In this document: in pieces, positions 48,641-59,165 of the stretch
Layout: each line of letters starts with the position of its first letter
How positions within the stretch are numbered: position 1 is the first letter of the stretch
DNA from: Candidatus Hydrothermarchaeum profundi
Lineage (GTDB): Archaea > Hydrothermarchaeota > Hydrothermarchaeia > Hydrothermarchaeales > Hydrothermarchaeaceae
Length of the DNA stretch: 64,000 bases
Assembly: GCA_002011125.2 (NCBI GenBank)
Contig: MTMF02000008.1
Location: 32,001-96,000 of the forward strand
Direction: 5' to 3'
Notes under the pieces: model-generated
What the model was told of the DNA's origin: nothing
The model's input: the letters and a program-made list of their open reading frames with translations, nothing else
Databases searched by the model: none
Made by a program: the position numbers and the translations under genes

Positions 48641-48716
48641 TAAAATTACCTTTCCTTAGAGTAAGGAAATTAACATTACAAAAATGTTTATATTATGCAA
48701 TAAATAAGACTCCAGC

Positions 48717-50024
48717 ATGAAAATTTCTATAATTGGAGGATCGGGGGATTTTGGAAGAATCTTTGCCAAGATTTTCAGAGAAGAAGGATATGAAGTAATT
48801 ATTACTGGGAGAAATGTGGAAAAAGGAGCAAAAGTCGCCAGAGAGATAGGCGTGAAATTTACAAATAATAATAAAAAAGCAGCTGAAGCAGCTGATATCG
48901 TTATCGTATCAGTTTATATAGATAATACAGTTGAAGTTATAAAAGAAGTTGCTCCCTATGTAAGACCTGGTTGTCTTTTAATGGACTTTACCTCAGTAAA
49001 GGAAGAACCCTGTAGTGCAATGGTTAAGTTTGCGGGTGAAGATGTTGAGATTATTGGCGTTCACCCAATGTTTGGGCCTAGAATAACCTCTTTGGAGGGT
49101 CAAACTTTTATTTTAACTCCGATTAGAAGCGAAAGATGGTTGCCCTTTCTCCAAGAGTTCTTAAAAAAGCATAAGGCTAAATTTTACGTTACTACTCCTG
49201 AGGAACATGATCGCATAATGAGTGTTGTACAGGGCTTGACTCATTTTGCATATATATCTGTTGCATCTACACTAAAAGAGCTTGACATAGATGTGAAGTA
49301 TACTAAAAAGTTTGCATCGCCAATCTACGGTTTAATGTTGGATCTGATTGCTAGAATCGTAGGGCAGAGTCCCCAGCTATATGCGGCAATACAGATTCAT
49401 AATCCTAGAGTGATAGAGGTTCATGAGAAATTCATAGAAGAAGCCAAAAAACTGAAGGATATAGTTGCAAGGAAAGATAAAGAATCATTTATTAAAGTGA
49501 TGGTTGAGAGTTCAAAACATCTGGGGGACATAGATTCCGCTATGGGAAGAAGTGATAAAGCGATTCTTGCTTTGACTGGAGAGCTGAAAAAACTGAGTAG
49601 AGCGGTTGGCGAAGAAGTTGCATTAAAACACATATATTCAGGTGTAGTTCACGTTGGAAAAGTAAAACAGGTAGACCCAGATAGAGTTACTCTTATTACA
49701 TTTTCTGGAAAGGAAGTTAACTTGAAGTTATCCAATGTCGAACTTTTAAGCAGGGAAGAGTTGGAGAAATGGAAGCTAGAAAACCTACCTAGGGTTATCA
49801 GAGATTTCTCAATAATGTTTGACGAAAAAGTAAATGAGGAAATTATACTGAAGGTTGTAAAGTCTTTTGATAAAAGGATAGTGGATTGTTCATTGCTGGA
49901 TATCTATAGAGGAAAACAGATTCCGAAGGGAAAAAAAAGTATTACTATAAGAGTAGAAGGATATGAGCTAGATTTCAAAAAAATAGAAGAGTTGTTTAGA
50001 GGAATTGGAGGAATATTAAGATAG
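48717..50024 (+). CDS. tyrA: Prephenate dehydrogenase with C-terminal FDX-ACB-like domain
   Basis: IIGGSGDFG, DFTSVK, HPMFGP, HDRIMSVVQGLTH; RDFSI...DIYRGKQIPKGKKSITIR. Confidence 0.9.
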   Translation: MKISIIGGSGDFGRIFAKIFREEGYEVIITGRNVEKGAKVAREIGVKFTNNNKKAAEAADIVIVSVYIDNTVEVIKEVAPYVRPGCLLMDFTSVKEEPCSAMVKFAGEDVEIIGVHPMFGPRITSLEGQTFILTPIRSERWLPFLQEFLKKHKAKFYVTTPEEHDRIMSVVQGLTHFAYISVASTLKELDIDVKYTKKFASPIYGLMLDLIARIVGQSPQLYAAIQIHNPRVIEVHEKFIEEAKKLKDIVARKDKESFIKVMVESSKHLGDIDSAMGRSDKAILALTGELKKLSRAVGEEVALKHIYSGVVHVGKVKQVDPDRVTLITFSGKEVNLKLSNVELLSREELEKWKLENLPRVIRDFSIMFDEKVNEEIILKVVKSFDKRIVDCSLLDIYRGKQIPKGKKSITIRVEGYELDFKKIEELFRGIGGILR

Positions 50025-50025
50025 T

Positions 50026-50160
50026 TCATCTAAAAAATAAGTATATAAGGCCTAACCAGCTGAGAATAAATACAATACTCCAAAGTTGCAGTAGTAGTAT
50101 TTCGTATTTGGACTTTAAAGTCAGTCTCTCTTTAACTCTCATTCTACGTTTTTCATACAT
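50026..50160 (-). CDS. Candidate 44-aa tail-anchored membrane microprotein
   Basis: MYEKRRMRVKERLTLKSKYEILLLQLWSIVFILSWLGLIYLFFR, read manually; TATA-like element upstream. Confidence 0.5.
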   Translation of the reverse strand: MYEKRRMRVKERLTLKSKYEILLLQLWSIVFILSWLGLIYLFFR

Positions 50161-50303
50161 ACCCTAATATATGGTAAAAGAAATATTTAAGCTTTATTTT
50201 GAAAAAAAAATTCCAAAAAATCATATATTTAAAAATTTATTTAAAATAAGGCTTTTAATTGTTTAAAAAAGTAAACAAAATCACAGAATGTGTAAAGAAT
50301 ATT

Positions 50304-50759
50304 TCACAATAATTCGGTTAATAGAACTTTGAACCATCCGAGCTTAGGTACTACGAGGACTACTCTCCCTTTTATGAGGTCTTCGCTTATTGGAGGGGCT
50401 ATTCCTGACTGCTGATCTGAAAATCGATTAGTTATCCTATTGTCCCCTTTTGTTATAAAGTAGCGTCTACCGTCTACTTCTTCTATACCTATAACTCTAT
50501 GTACTACGGGGATACCTCTCCACGGGTTTTCAAAAACTATAATGTCCCCAACTTTTATTTCATCTGGATCTACTCCTTTAACTATTACTAAATCACCTTT
50601 ATGAAAAGTGGGCTCCATACTGTTGGATACAACCGCCATAATAGGTTTCTCAGTACCGAGCGCATGACCTAAACCAATATTAATAATGTTAGCGAGAATC
50701 AAGCCCAGCACTACATAAATTACGGTTTCCTTTATTTCTTTCTTCAAGTCCATATTCAA
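50304..50759 (-). CDS. Signal peptidase I, archaeal Sec11 type
   Basis: VVSNSMEP..GD, VVHRV, TKGDN. Confidence 0.92.
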   Translation of the reverse strand: MNMDLKKEIKETVIYVVLGLILANIINIGLGHALGTEKPIMAVVSNSMEPTFHKGDLVIVKGVDPDEIKVGDIIVFENPWRGIPVVHRVIGIEEVDGRRYFITKGDNRITNRFSDQQSGIAPPISEDLIKGRVVLVVPKLGWFKVLLTELL

Positions 50760-50906
50760 AAAGTTCAGGGGTATCCACTAAAAATATATGTGAAACATCT
50801 ATTAAGATACCCAAGAAGAATTTGATTTTATTTAATGAATTTCTTAAAGGGTTAAATTCTCATCAACGTTAAGTTCAATTTAAATAACAAAAATCTAGGC
50901 GGTAGA

Positions 50907-51503
50907 ATGGAAGAAATTGAAAAAGAGTGGGACAGGATATATAGGCTTTACTCGCCCTCTCAGCTTCCTTGGGAAACAGGCACTCCCTCTGAGGACCTAG
51001 TAGAACTAATTGACAAAGGCGAGATCGAAAAGGGCAATATTTTAGATATTTGTTCTGGCCTTGGTACACACTTGCGTTACTTAGCAAGAAAAGGCTTTGA
51101 AGTATATGGGATTGATATATCACCCACAGCTGTAGAGTATGCTATGAAGAGATGTAAAGAGGAAGGCTTAACTTGTCATATAACCTCTGGAAATGCAGCT
51201 GACCTCAAATATCCTGAAAAATTTTTCACTTTTGTATTTGATAGAGGATGTTTTCATCACATGCAGATTCAGGATAGGGAGAATTATATTAAGGGGATCT
51301 ATAGGGTTTTAAGGGATAACGGTAAATATTACATGGCGTGTTTTAGTGATAGAAATGGGAGAGGATGGAATCATTTTACTGAAGAGCAGATAAGGAGGTA
51401 TTTTGAACCTTACTTTAAAATTAAAAGCATTAGGGAAATAGTCCACAGGGAGCCAAATAGCGCAAAAGTCTACCTTTTTGCGGTATTTATGGAGAAGCGA
51501 TGA
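50907..51503 (+). CDS. Class I SAM methyltransferase (TPMT/TehB-like)
   Basis: LPWETG, LDICSGLG, GIDISPTA, DRGCFH. Confidence 0.85.
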   Translation: MEEIEKEWDRIYRLYSPSQLPWETGTPSEDLVELIDKGEIEKGNILDICSGLGTHLRYLARKGFEVYGIDISPTAVEYAMKRCKEEGLTCHITSGNAADLKYPEKFFTFVFDRGCFHHMQIQDRENYIKGIYRVLRDNGKYYMACFSDRNGRGWNHFTEEQIRRYFEPYFKIKSIREIVHREPNSAKVYLFAVFMEKR

Positions 51504-51606
51504 TTGTAAAAAGAGATTTGTAAGAATTTATAACTATTGTAAAAGTTTTAAAATTTGATATGGAAAACTAGTAGTATAAAAATAATTGATGTTGATTTAA
51601 GATTTT

Positions 51607-51867
51607 TCAAGGGTGGAGGGGCTTTTCAAGCTGTTGTCCTAAGTCACAGCTGTCGCATTCTTCAAGGTAAGGTCCACCTGCTGCGAAGCAACAGTCTATA
51701 CATATATTAAACCCCATTACAGAACAGTTTGCAACGCTTTTAATAACAACTCCTAGCGCCTCTAACTGCTCTGCGGATACCCCGCAGATCTCGCAGTATT
51801 CATCGGACTCCATATCACTCAACAATTTGATTAACGTCTTAAATAAATCAAGTGAATTTGTATTCAA
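51607..51867 (-). CDS. Small Cys-rich putative metal-binding protein
   Basis: CEIC, C, CIDCC, CDSC; may start at the internal Met (MESDEY). Confidence 0.6.
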   Translation of the reverse strand: MNTNSLDLFKTLIKLLSDMESDEYCEICGVSAEQLEALGVVIKSVANCSVMGFNICIDCCFAAGGPYLEECDSCDLGQQLEKPLHP

Positions 51868-51972
51868 AAATGTTCATTAATTTTGAAGAAACAATCATTT
51901 ACGGATAACTTTTATTCATATTTTCTTGATCGTGAGTGAGATTTTTAAAAAGGGTTAGGATATAATAATCAG

Positions 51973-53061
51973 CTAATATTCTTTAATAATCTTGTAGAGA
52001 GTCGTTCTTTGAGCGGCAGGCCTGCCTATATCTTTAATCAATCGGACTATTTTTTCTGGTGGTAAATAGTTACTTTTAACGCCTGCAGCTCTTACCACGT
52101 TTTCCTCTATCATTGTCCCTCCAAAGTCGTTCGCACCATAAAACAAAGCTATCTGTGCTACTTTTGTACCTTGAGTAACCCAGGATGCCTGTATATTTCT
52201 AATATTATTAAGAATTAATCTAGATATAGCCACAATTTTCAAATAGTCTACTCCGGTAGAACTCATGTAGGTCTCTCTTGCTAGCTTTGTATTTTGAGGT
52301 TGGAAACTCCAGGGTATAAACGCAGTAAATCCTCCTGTTTTGTCCTGGATTTCTCTAATTCTAATAAGATGTTTTATCCTACTTTTATAAGATTCACCAA
52401 GACCGTACACCATAGTAGCGGTCGTAGGCAAACCTAACGAATGAGCGGTAACCATCACTTTTTTCCACTCTTCCCAGCTAATCTTGTTAGGGCTTACCTT
52501 CTTCCTAATTTCATCATCAAGTATCTCTGCTCCCCCGCCAGGTAAACTCTGTAAGCCTGCCTCTATAAGCCTCTCCAAGGTTTCTCTAAGACTGATACCA
52601 GAAGTTTTGGATATAAAGTGTATCTCGCTGGGCGAGAAAAAGTGTCTTTGCACGTGGGGAAATCTCTCTTGAGTTGCCTTCAGAATATCTTCGTAATATT
52701 CTATCGGCAGATCAGGGTTTAATCCTCCCTGTAATAATATTTGAGTAGCACCTAAGTCGACAGCTTTTTTTATTTTTTCCATGATCTCTTCGAGAGTTAG
52801 AGTATATGCTTCTCTTGATTTTTTAGATCTGTAAAAAGCGCAGAACTTACATCCGCTTACACATACATTAGTATAATTTATGTTGCTGTCTATAACAAAG
52901 GTAACGAGGTCTCCGCAAACCATTTTCCTCAAGGTATCAGCGACGGTACCTAAACTTACTAGATCATTATTTTTGAATAAAGCTAAACCCTCTTCTATGT
53001 CTAGGGGTTCTCTTGCCAATGCTTTTTCATATATCGCCGTTAGCTCAGTTTCAATTAGCAT
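51973..53061 (-). CDS. mqnC: Cyclic dehypoxanthinyl futalosine synthase
   Basis: NINYTNVCVSGCKFCAF, LLQGG, LPGGGAEIL, FIPWSFQ, QASWVTQG, GANDFG. Confidence 0.88.
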   Translation of the reverse strand: MLIETELTAIYEKALAREPLDIEEGLALFKNNDLVSLGTVADTLRKMVCGDLVTFVIDSNINYTNVCVSGCKFCAFYRSKKSREAYTLTLEEIMEKIKKAVDLGATQILLQGGLNPDLPIEYYEDILKATQERFPHVQRHFFSPSEIHFISKTSGISLRETLERLIEAGLQSLPGGGAEILDDEIRKKVSPNKISWEEWKKVMVTAHSLGLPTTATMVYGLGESYKSRIKHLIRIREIQDKTGGFTAFIPWSFQPQNTKLARETYMSSTGVDYLKIVAISRLILNNIRNIQASWVTQGTKVAQIALFYGANDFGGTMIEENVVRAAGVKSNYLPPEKIVRLIKDIGRPAAQRTTLYKIIKEY

Positions 53062-53888
53062 TTCGCAACACCGAAAAAATCTAGCTCCGGTTTTTCAGTC
53101 AATATACCGTATTTAAAAGCTTTTTCAAAATAGACTTCAAGTCCCCTGATACTGCGTGCATCCAGATCGTAATCTATTAGTTCAAGATGTTTTTTCATAA
53201 AACTCTGACTTACTCCAAGCTCCTCTGCCAGCCGTGCTGATATGTAGTCCATCTCTTTAAAAGCTTTATCTCTAGATTTCACAAGATAATTATAGAATCT
53301 CTCTATCTCATGAGGCTTCTGGATAGCGGATTGTTTATTTATTACCCACAGAGCATACACCATCTTCTCTCCAGTTAGTTTCATCCATTCTTCCCCTAAA
53401 TCACAGATATACCTTCTGCCAGCGTAGTTGGCTTTAAGAGCATGGTCTCCAATGAGGAGAGCAGCATCAGCTTTTTGAAGCATTGAGTCAAGATCTGGTT
53501 CCGGGTGATTAAAAAACTCCACATTTATATCATGTAATTGTAATATGATCCTCAGTAGTGCAGCAGAAGTAGCTGTTGTACCAGGTATAGCTATTGTTTT
53601 GCTCTCTATTTCTGAAAGTTCATCAAAATCATCTGAAAATAATATAATGCTCATGGTTTTACCTAACGCGCTTATGCTGAAATCTGGTAGAAGACAGAAT
53701 TCTCTGAAATATTGCCCGTAGATTATTGAAGAGACAGGAGCAATATCTATGCTCCCCTCTCGAAGCATTACCCCTAGTTCCGGAGGGTGCCCCCTAACAT
53801 AACTCAGATCATCTGCTGTGATCATCCCGTTGGTAAGTGGATAGTAGACGAAATCTGTGTTTTTGAAATAAGTTTGACCTATTATCAT
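53055..53888 (-). CDS. mqnA: Chorismate dehydratase
   Basis: DIAPVSS, ATSAALL, ALLIGDHAL, DLGEEW...TG...VYALW. Confidence 0.85.
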   Translation of the reverse strand: MIIGQTYFKNTDFVYYPLTNGMITADDLSYVRGHPPELGVMLREGSIDIAPVSSIIYGQYFREFCLLPDFSISALGKTMSIILFSDDFDELSEIESKTIAIPGTTATSAALLRIILQLHDINVEFFNHPEPDLDSMLQKADAALLIGDHALKANYAGRRYICDLGEEWMKLTGEKMVYALWVINKQSAIQKPHEIERFYNYLVKSRDKAFKEMDYISARLAEELGVSQSFMKKHLELIDYDLDARSIRGLEVYFEKAFKYGILTEKPELDFFGVAKC

Positions 53889-53892
53889 CTAT

Positions 53893-55038
53893 TTACTCCC
53901 TATATACTCTCAAAATCTCATGGACCGAGGTGCGTAAGGCGGGGATTCTGCCAGCATTCCTTATAAGGGCAAGCAATTTTTTTTCTGTCATCATTCCTCC
54001 AGCAATACCTCCAGCAGCTTTAGTTATACGTTCCTCTACAACAGTTCCTTCGAGGTCATTTGCTCCATAATGAAGGGATATCTGAGCTAGTTTCTCTCCA
54101 AGCATAACCCAATACGCTTTGATATTAGTTATGTAGTCATTAAGCATTATTCTTGAAATAGCGATAGTTCTAAGGATATCAAAACCGCTTGGACCCTCCT
54201 CTGATACAAGTCCATCCTTTAATAGTGGGGTATTCTTTGGGTGAAACGGAAGAGGAATGAAAGCTTGAAATCCATTGGTTTCTTTCTGGGCTTTTCTCAG
54301 CCACAGTAAATGGTCCACACGATCCTCTTTGGACTCTAAATGTCCAAATAACATTGTGGCGTTACTTTTTATTCCAAGTAAATGGGCTTCTTTCATTATT
54401 TTTATCCAACCCTCAGCAGAAACTTTGTTTGGGCATATCTTCTTGCGCAATTCCTCATTTAGTATCTCGGCGCCTCCTCCAGGCATACTCCCCAGGCCTG
54501 CATCTTTAAGCCGTTGCAGAACCTCCTTTGTGCTTAACCCCGAGATTTCTGAAAAATAGTTGATCTCCGCCGCTGTAAAAGCCTGTATATGAACTTCAGG
54601 AAACTTCTTTTTTATCATTTTAACCATTTCCTCGTAGAATTCAAATGGCAAATCTGGGTGGTGACTCCCAACTATATGGAAGTCCTTTATACCTTTCTTC
54701 ACAGAGCCTTCAACTTTCTTTAGGATCTCATCTATAGACATAGTATATGATCCAGCTTGGCCTTTTTCTCTGTAGTAGGCACAAAAAGAGCACTTAGAAA
54801 TACAGACATTAGTATAGTTTATATGCCGATTCAAAGCGAAAGTTACAATATCCCCTACAGTTCTTTTGCGTAGTTCATCTGCTAGTGCTCCCAAAGCGAG
54901 TAAATTATTAGTGTTAAAAAGTGTAATACCATCGCTTCTATCAAGCTCCTCTCCTGCTAAGGATTTGTCAATAACATCCTTTAAATCGCTGTCATTAATA
55001 TATTTGTATAATAACAATTCAGTACCCCTTCTTACCAC
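53893..55038 (-). CDS. mqnE: Aminofutalosine synthase
   Basis: NRHINYTNVC...CSFCAY, HIVG, SNATMLFGH, FIPLPFHP, KAYWVMLG, GANDLEGT. Confidence 0.88.
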   Translation of the reverse strand: MVRRGTELLLYKYINDSDLKDVIDKSLAGEELDRSDGITLFNTNNLLALGALADELRKRTVGDIVTFALNRHINYTNVCISKCSFCAYYREKGQAGSYTMSIDEILKKVEGSVKKGIKDFHIVGSHHPDLPFEFYEEMVKMIKKKFPEVHIQAFTAAEINYFSEISGLSTKEVLQRLKDAGLGSMPGGGAEILNEELRKKICPNKVSAEGWIKIMKEAHLLGIKSNATMLFGHLESKEDRVDHLLWLRKAQKETNGFQAFIPLPFHPKNTPLLKDGLVSEEGPSGFDILRTIAISRIMLNDYITNIKAYWVMLGEKLAQISLHYGANDLEGTVVEERITKAAGGIAGGMMTEKKLLALIRNAGRIPALRTSVHEILRVYRE

Positions 55039-55243
55039 TTCGCAGTAGTGGTATTTATTATTTATGGAGCCGGAACAGTTGTAAAATTATAGATATTTAT
55101 CTTCTATATCACGGTCTTCGATTCTTTTTTCCAAAGTTGAAGCCTAAAAAGGTTTTATATTTTCTAAAAGAAACTAAATTCTTGGCAAAACAGTTATATT
55201 ACTTTAGGAGGTAATCATCTAGGTTTGTATAGTGCAGTATCGA

Positions 55244-55384
55244 TCACAAAGTGATTCTCTTTTCTGCATTTCCTTTAGAGTCTCTCGGAATCATTCCGAG
55301 TCGTAGTTCTTTCATCAGATTATCCCAGCGTCTTTTAATTTCAGATTCCGCATAAGTTGGTGTAGGGATATTTTTTGCTGTCAT
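55244..55384 (-). CDS. Candidate 46-aa ORF
   Basis: MTAKNIPTPTYAESEIKRRWDNLMKELRLGMIPRDSKGNAEKRITL, read manually; no recognised motif. Confidence 0.3.
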   Translation of the reverse strand: MTAKNIPTPTYAESEIKRRWDNLMKELRLGMIPRDSKGNAEKRITL

Positions 55385-55506
55385 AAAACCCTATTTCTAA
55401 AGGATAAGTGCAAGTATTTTTGGTTTACATAAATGGTTGAAAAGGTATACGCTTATGTCTTAAGATTTAGAAAGCTTTTTTATTTCTAGCCTTGTAATCG
55501 AGAAAG

Positions 55507-55866
55507 ATGGAGGATAATTGTGAAAGATTTAAGCTAATATTTTTAGGTAACATTTTGCTATTTGGACTAGTACTTTTCAATGAAATTAGTATAATCACCG
55601 GGAAAATAGAGTTAATGCGCTTTTTTATGGTGCTGGTAGTTCTCTTATTAGCCTTTAAAAATAGAAGCTACAGGCTCATTAATTCTAAAATAAAATGTTC
55701 GCGTTCGTTTTTTGAAATTTCTTTTAAAATCGCTATAGTGCTTTTAGGGGTAAGTCTGCTCATAGAGCCTTTTGGTTTTCCTGTTGTTAGCAAGTACTCT
55801 CTTTTTATCCTAGCAATTATAGGAGCACAGTCTTACCTTATGGCAAAAAAGCTGGATAAGCATTGA
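55507..55866 (+). CDS. Membrane protein
   Basis: Four hydrophobic segments. Confidence 0.5.
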   Translation: MEDNCERFKLIFLGNILLFGLVLFNEISIITGKIELMRFFMVLVVLLLAFKNRSYRLINSKIKCSRSFFEISFKIAIVLLGVSLLIEPFGFPVVSKYSLFILAIIGAQSYLMAKKLDKH

Positions 55867-55919
55867 TTTCTAAAACTATCCCAAAGAATTATAATTAAGA
55901 ATCGATATTCATCAAAAAT

Positions 55920-56744
55920 ATGTCTAGGATACTAATAGCTCACAGTCCAGATTCAGACGATGCATTCATGTTTTATGCGCTGATAACAGGTAAAGTCGGA
56001 TGCGAACAGCTGGAATTCGAGCAGATACTCGCGGATATTGAAACACTAAATCAAAAAGCATTAAAAGGCGAATATGAGGTAAGCGCAGTATCGATACATG
56101 CGTATCCTTACATAGCAGATAAATATGTACTCATGAATAGTGGAGCAAGTATGGGGTATAACTACGGGCCAATTGTTGTCTCAAAAGAGCCTATGGAAAG
56201 TTTAAAAGGTAAAAAAGTAGCAGTTCCAGGAAAATTAACTTCCGCGTTTCTAGAATTAAAGCTATATGAAGAAGAATTTACTCCGATCTTTATAAACTTT
56301 GATAGGATTATAGACGCTGTGGATAATGAAAAGGTAGATGCGGGGCTCATAATTCATGAAGGTCAGTTAACGTATAGGAGTAAAAAACTCTACAAGGTTG
56401 TAGATCTAGGTGAGTGGTGGTACGAGGAAACTGGTTTACCTCTGCCTTTAGGGGGAAATGTAATCCGAAAGGATATAGGAAAAGAACTAATGGAGAAGAT
56501 TGCCTTATGTGTAAAGAAAAGCATTTTGTATGCACAGTCTCATGAAGATGAGGCTTTAGAATATGCGATGAAATTCGGGAGAGGTCTCCGTAATCAAGAA
56601 GCAAAGAAGTTTGTAAGAATGTATGTTAATGAGTTTACGGTTGATTACGGTGAGAAGGGCAGAGAGGCAGTGAGGCTTCTGTTGGAGAGGGGGTATGAAA
56701 GAGGTCTTATTCCTGTAAAAGTGGAACCGGAGTTTATTGGATAG
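55920..56744 (+). CDS. mqnD: 1,4-dihydroxy-6-naphthoate synthase
   Basis: AHSPDSDDAFMFYA, GYNYGP, IIHEGQLTY, DLGEWW...TGLPLPLG, MYVN. Confidence 0.92.
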   Translation: MSRILIAHSPDSDDAFMFYALITGKVGCEQLEFEQILADIETLNQKALKGEYEVSAVSIHAYPYIADKYVLMNSGASMGYNYGPIVVSKEPMESLKGKKVAVPGKLTSAFLELKLYEEEFTPIFINFDRIIDAVDNEKVDAGLIIHEGQLTYRSKKLYKVVDLGEWWYEETGLPLPLGGNVIRKDIGKELMEKIALCVKKSILYAQSHEDEALEYAMKFGRGLRNQEAKKFVRMYVNEFTVDYGEKGREAVRLLLERGYERGLIPVKVEPEFIG

Positions 56745-56753
56745 TTTTCTGTT

Positions 56754-57605
56754 TTAAAGTAGAATATCCGCTCCTATGAATATCAAGAAACAGATTCCTA
56801 CGACTGCATTAACATTGAAAAAAGCGATAGGGACTTTTTGCAGGTTAGTAGGGCTGATTATTAAATGTTCATAAACGAGGAGAATAGAAATAACTCCAAT
56901 TCCTATCAGGAATATCGTTTGGAGATCTACAAAAAATCTCAATGAAATAAGGAAAAAAACGGTTAAGGCATGAAAAAGGGCGGATATTTTTAGTCCCTCT
57001 TTTATGCCAAACACCTTAGGTATCGATTTAAGTCCATATTGTTTATCGAACTCTAAGTCTTGGTAAGAGTAGATAACATCGAAGCCAGCCACCCAGAATG
57101 TAACAGCAAGACCTAATAATATAGGGGCGAGGTCAAGTGAGGCCGTTACAGCTACCCAAGCGCCGACAGGCGCTATCCCAAGGGTCATGCCAAGCACTAT
57201 ATGTGAGAGGCATGTGTATCTCTTGAGGTAAGGGTAAATCACGAAGAGGGCGACTGCGAAAGGATATAGTACAACACAGAGCCAATTGAGCATCAGAGCA
57301 GATATGAATAGCATAGTCAATGAGAATGCAATGTACATCTTAATTTCTTTCTCGCTGATTAATCCGGAAGGAAGTGCTCTGTTACGTGTCCTAGGGTTTT
57401 TTGCGTCAATTTCTCTATCTATAAGTCTGTTTAACGACATAGCAGCGGTTCTTGCGCTTATCAAACCAATAGTTATCCAAAAAAGAACCCATACAGAGGG
57501 GATTCCTTTCGCTGCGAGTATCGCTCCAGAATATAGAAAAGGCATGCTGAAAACCGTATGCTCTATTTTTATATCCTTAAAAAATATTTCTAGCTTGCTG
57601 GGCAT
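56754..57605 (-). CDS. UbiA-family prenyltransferase (MqnP-like)
   Basis: IKIEHTVFSMPF, NRLIDREIDAKNPRT, YPYLKR, WVAGFDVIYSYQD. Confidence 0.9.
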   Translation of the reverse strand: MPSKLEIFFKDIKIEHTVFSMPFLYSGAILAAKGIPSVWVLFWITIGLISARTAAMSLNRLIDREIDAKNPRTRNRALPSGLISEKEIKMYIAFSLTMLFISALMLNWLCVVLYPFAVALFVIYPYLKRYTCLSHIVLGMTLGIAPVGAWVAVTASLDLAPILLGLAVTFWVAGFDVIYSYQDLEFDKQYGLKSIPKVFGIKEGLKISALFHALTVFFLISLRFFVDLQTIFLIGIGVISILLVYEHLIISPTNLQKVPIAFFNVNAVVGICFLIFIGADILL

Positions 57606-57622
57606 CCTACCACCAAATAGGA

Positions 57623-59071
57623 TTAGATCCCATAGTCTTTCCACTTCTTATCTACTAGTTCCTTAATCTCGCTGGTCATCGTGATTACCTCTGGCCATTC
57701 TCTCTCAAATCCCTCTTCTTTCAGTTTTCTTGTTGCATCAATACCTATTTTAGAACCTAGGTTTGACAATGGAGTAGCATGGTCAAGACTGTCCATAGGA
57801 GTTCTCTCTATGATAGTAATGTCTCTTGCTGGATCAATCCTTGTCGAAACTGCCCACAGGACTTCTGATAGGTTATGTATGTCAACATCGTGATCGACCA
57901 CGACTATTACTTTCGTGAACATCATCTGTCCCAATCCCCATAAAGCTAGCATCACTTTCTTGGCATGCCCCGGGTATCTTTTCTTTATAGATACTATGGC
58001 AAGATTATGAAACACACTCTCGATAGGGAGATTTATGTCAACGATTTCTGGGAACTGTGCTCGTAGGAGTGGCAGAAATATTCTTTCTACAGCCTTACCT
58101 AGGTAAGCATCTTCCATAGGGGGAACCCCTACAATCGTAGTTGGATAAACAGGATTTTCTTTATGGGTTATGCAGGTTATATGAAAAACCGGATAAAGAT
58201 CTGCCAGAGAATAGTAGCCTGTATGGTCACCGAAAGGGCCTTCAGTTCTCCTTTCTTCAGGATCCACATACCCCTCAAGCACTATCTCCGCATTTGCTGG
58301 CACTTCAAGACCTATTGTTTTGCATTTAACTAGCTCAACGGGTTTCTTTCGTATGAAACCTGCGAAGACTAGTTCGTCAAAACCTTCAGGTAGAGGTGCA
58401 ACTGCTGAGAATATAGTAGCAGGGTCCCCTCCTAACGCTACGGCTACCTCAAGTCGCTCATTGCTTTTTTCGGCAGTATTAAAATGTTTAGCTCCGTGTT
58501 TGTGTATCTGCCAATGCATGCCTGTTGTTCTACTATCATAGACTTGCATTCGGTACATACCTACATTTCTTTCTCCTGTATCAGGGTCTTTAGTGAAAAC
58601 TAAGGGAAGGGTGATATACCTGCCCCCATCTTTTGGCCAGCATTTTATAATCGGAAACTCGTTGAGATCAGCTTCTTCTCCTATTTTCACGACTTGTTGG
58701 CATGGGGCTTTTTTAACTATTTTTGGAGGATAAGAGAGTAATTCCTTCACTTTCGATATCCCTTTCATCTTTTCTATAAGTCCTGAGGGGACCTTTGGTC
58801 TCAGTAACTCAGACATTCTTATTCCAATTCCTTCAAGGTTATCTGTCTCTAAAGCTAACTTCATCCTTTCCATGGTACCAAAGAGATTGCCTACTACAGG
58901 TATATCACAGTCTTTGACGTTCTCAAATAGAATGGCAGGTCCCTTTTGTTTCACAGTTCTGTCAAGTATCTCGGTTATTTCTAGGTCTCTGTCAACTTCA
59001 GTGTGAACTCTCTTAAGTTCTCCCTTCTCCTCAAGTACTTCAATAAAATTCTGAAGGTCCAAGTAAACCAT
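57623..59071 (-). CDS. UbiD-family decarboxylase (menaquinone biosynthesis, MqnL-like)
   Basis: RNVGMYRMQ, MHWQIHKHG, EGPFGDHTGYY, PPMED, DSLDHA. Confidence 0.92.
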   Translation of the reverse strand: MVYLDLQNFIEVLEEKGELKRVHTEVDRDLEITEILDRTVKQKGPAILFENVKDCDIPVVGNLFGTMERMKLALETDNLEGIGIRMSELLRPKVPSGLIEKMKGISKVKELLSYPPKIVKKAPCQQVVKIGEEADLNEFPIIKCWPKDGGRYITLPLVFTKDPDTGERNVGMYRMQVYDSRTTGMHWQIHKHGAKHFNTAEKSNERLEVAVALGGDPATIFSAVAPLPEGFDELVFAGFIRKKPVELVKCKTIGLEVPANAEIVLEGYVDPEERRTEGPFGDHTGYYSLADLYPVFHITCITHKENPVYPTTIVGVPPMEDAYLGKAVERIFLPLLRAQFPEIVDINLPIESVFHNLAIVSIKKRYPGHAKKVMLALWGLGQMMFTKVIVVVDHDVDIHNLSEVLWAVSTRIDPARDITIIERTPMDSLDHATPLSNLGSKIGIDATRKLKEEGFEREWPEVITMTSEIKELVDKKWKDYGI

Positions 59072-59165
59072 TAGAACTCCATTTTATAATAGGGTATTAT
59101 TAAAATTTCCCAATCACTAATCGATTTAATACAATACTTATCTATGAAAATTTTAAATATAGCTC

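Noticed and set aside
48717-50024. TyrA fused to an FDX-ACB-like domain as a novelty
   Set aside because: Long TyrA proteins with such a C-terminal extension are familiar from methanogen-related archaea.
51973-55038. mqnC/mqnE as F420 biosynthesis cofH genes
   Set aside because: Their position around mqnA and near mqnD, ubiA and ubiD, plus the MqnC/MqnE-type C-terminal motifs, favours the futalosine pathway.
55199-55246. TGA read-through of the 46-aa ORF at 55244-55384
   Set aside because: No redox motif context or recognisable SECIS element, and the ORF itself is weakly supported.
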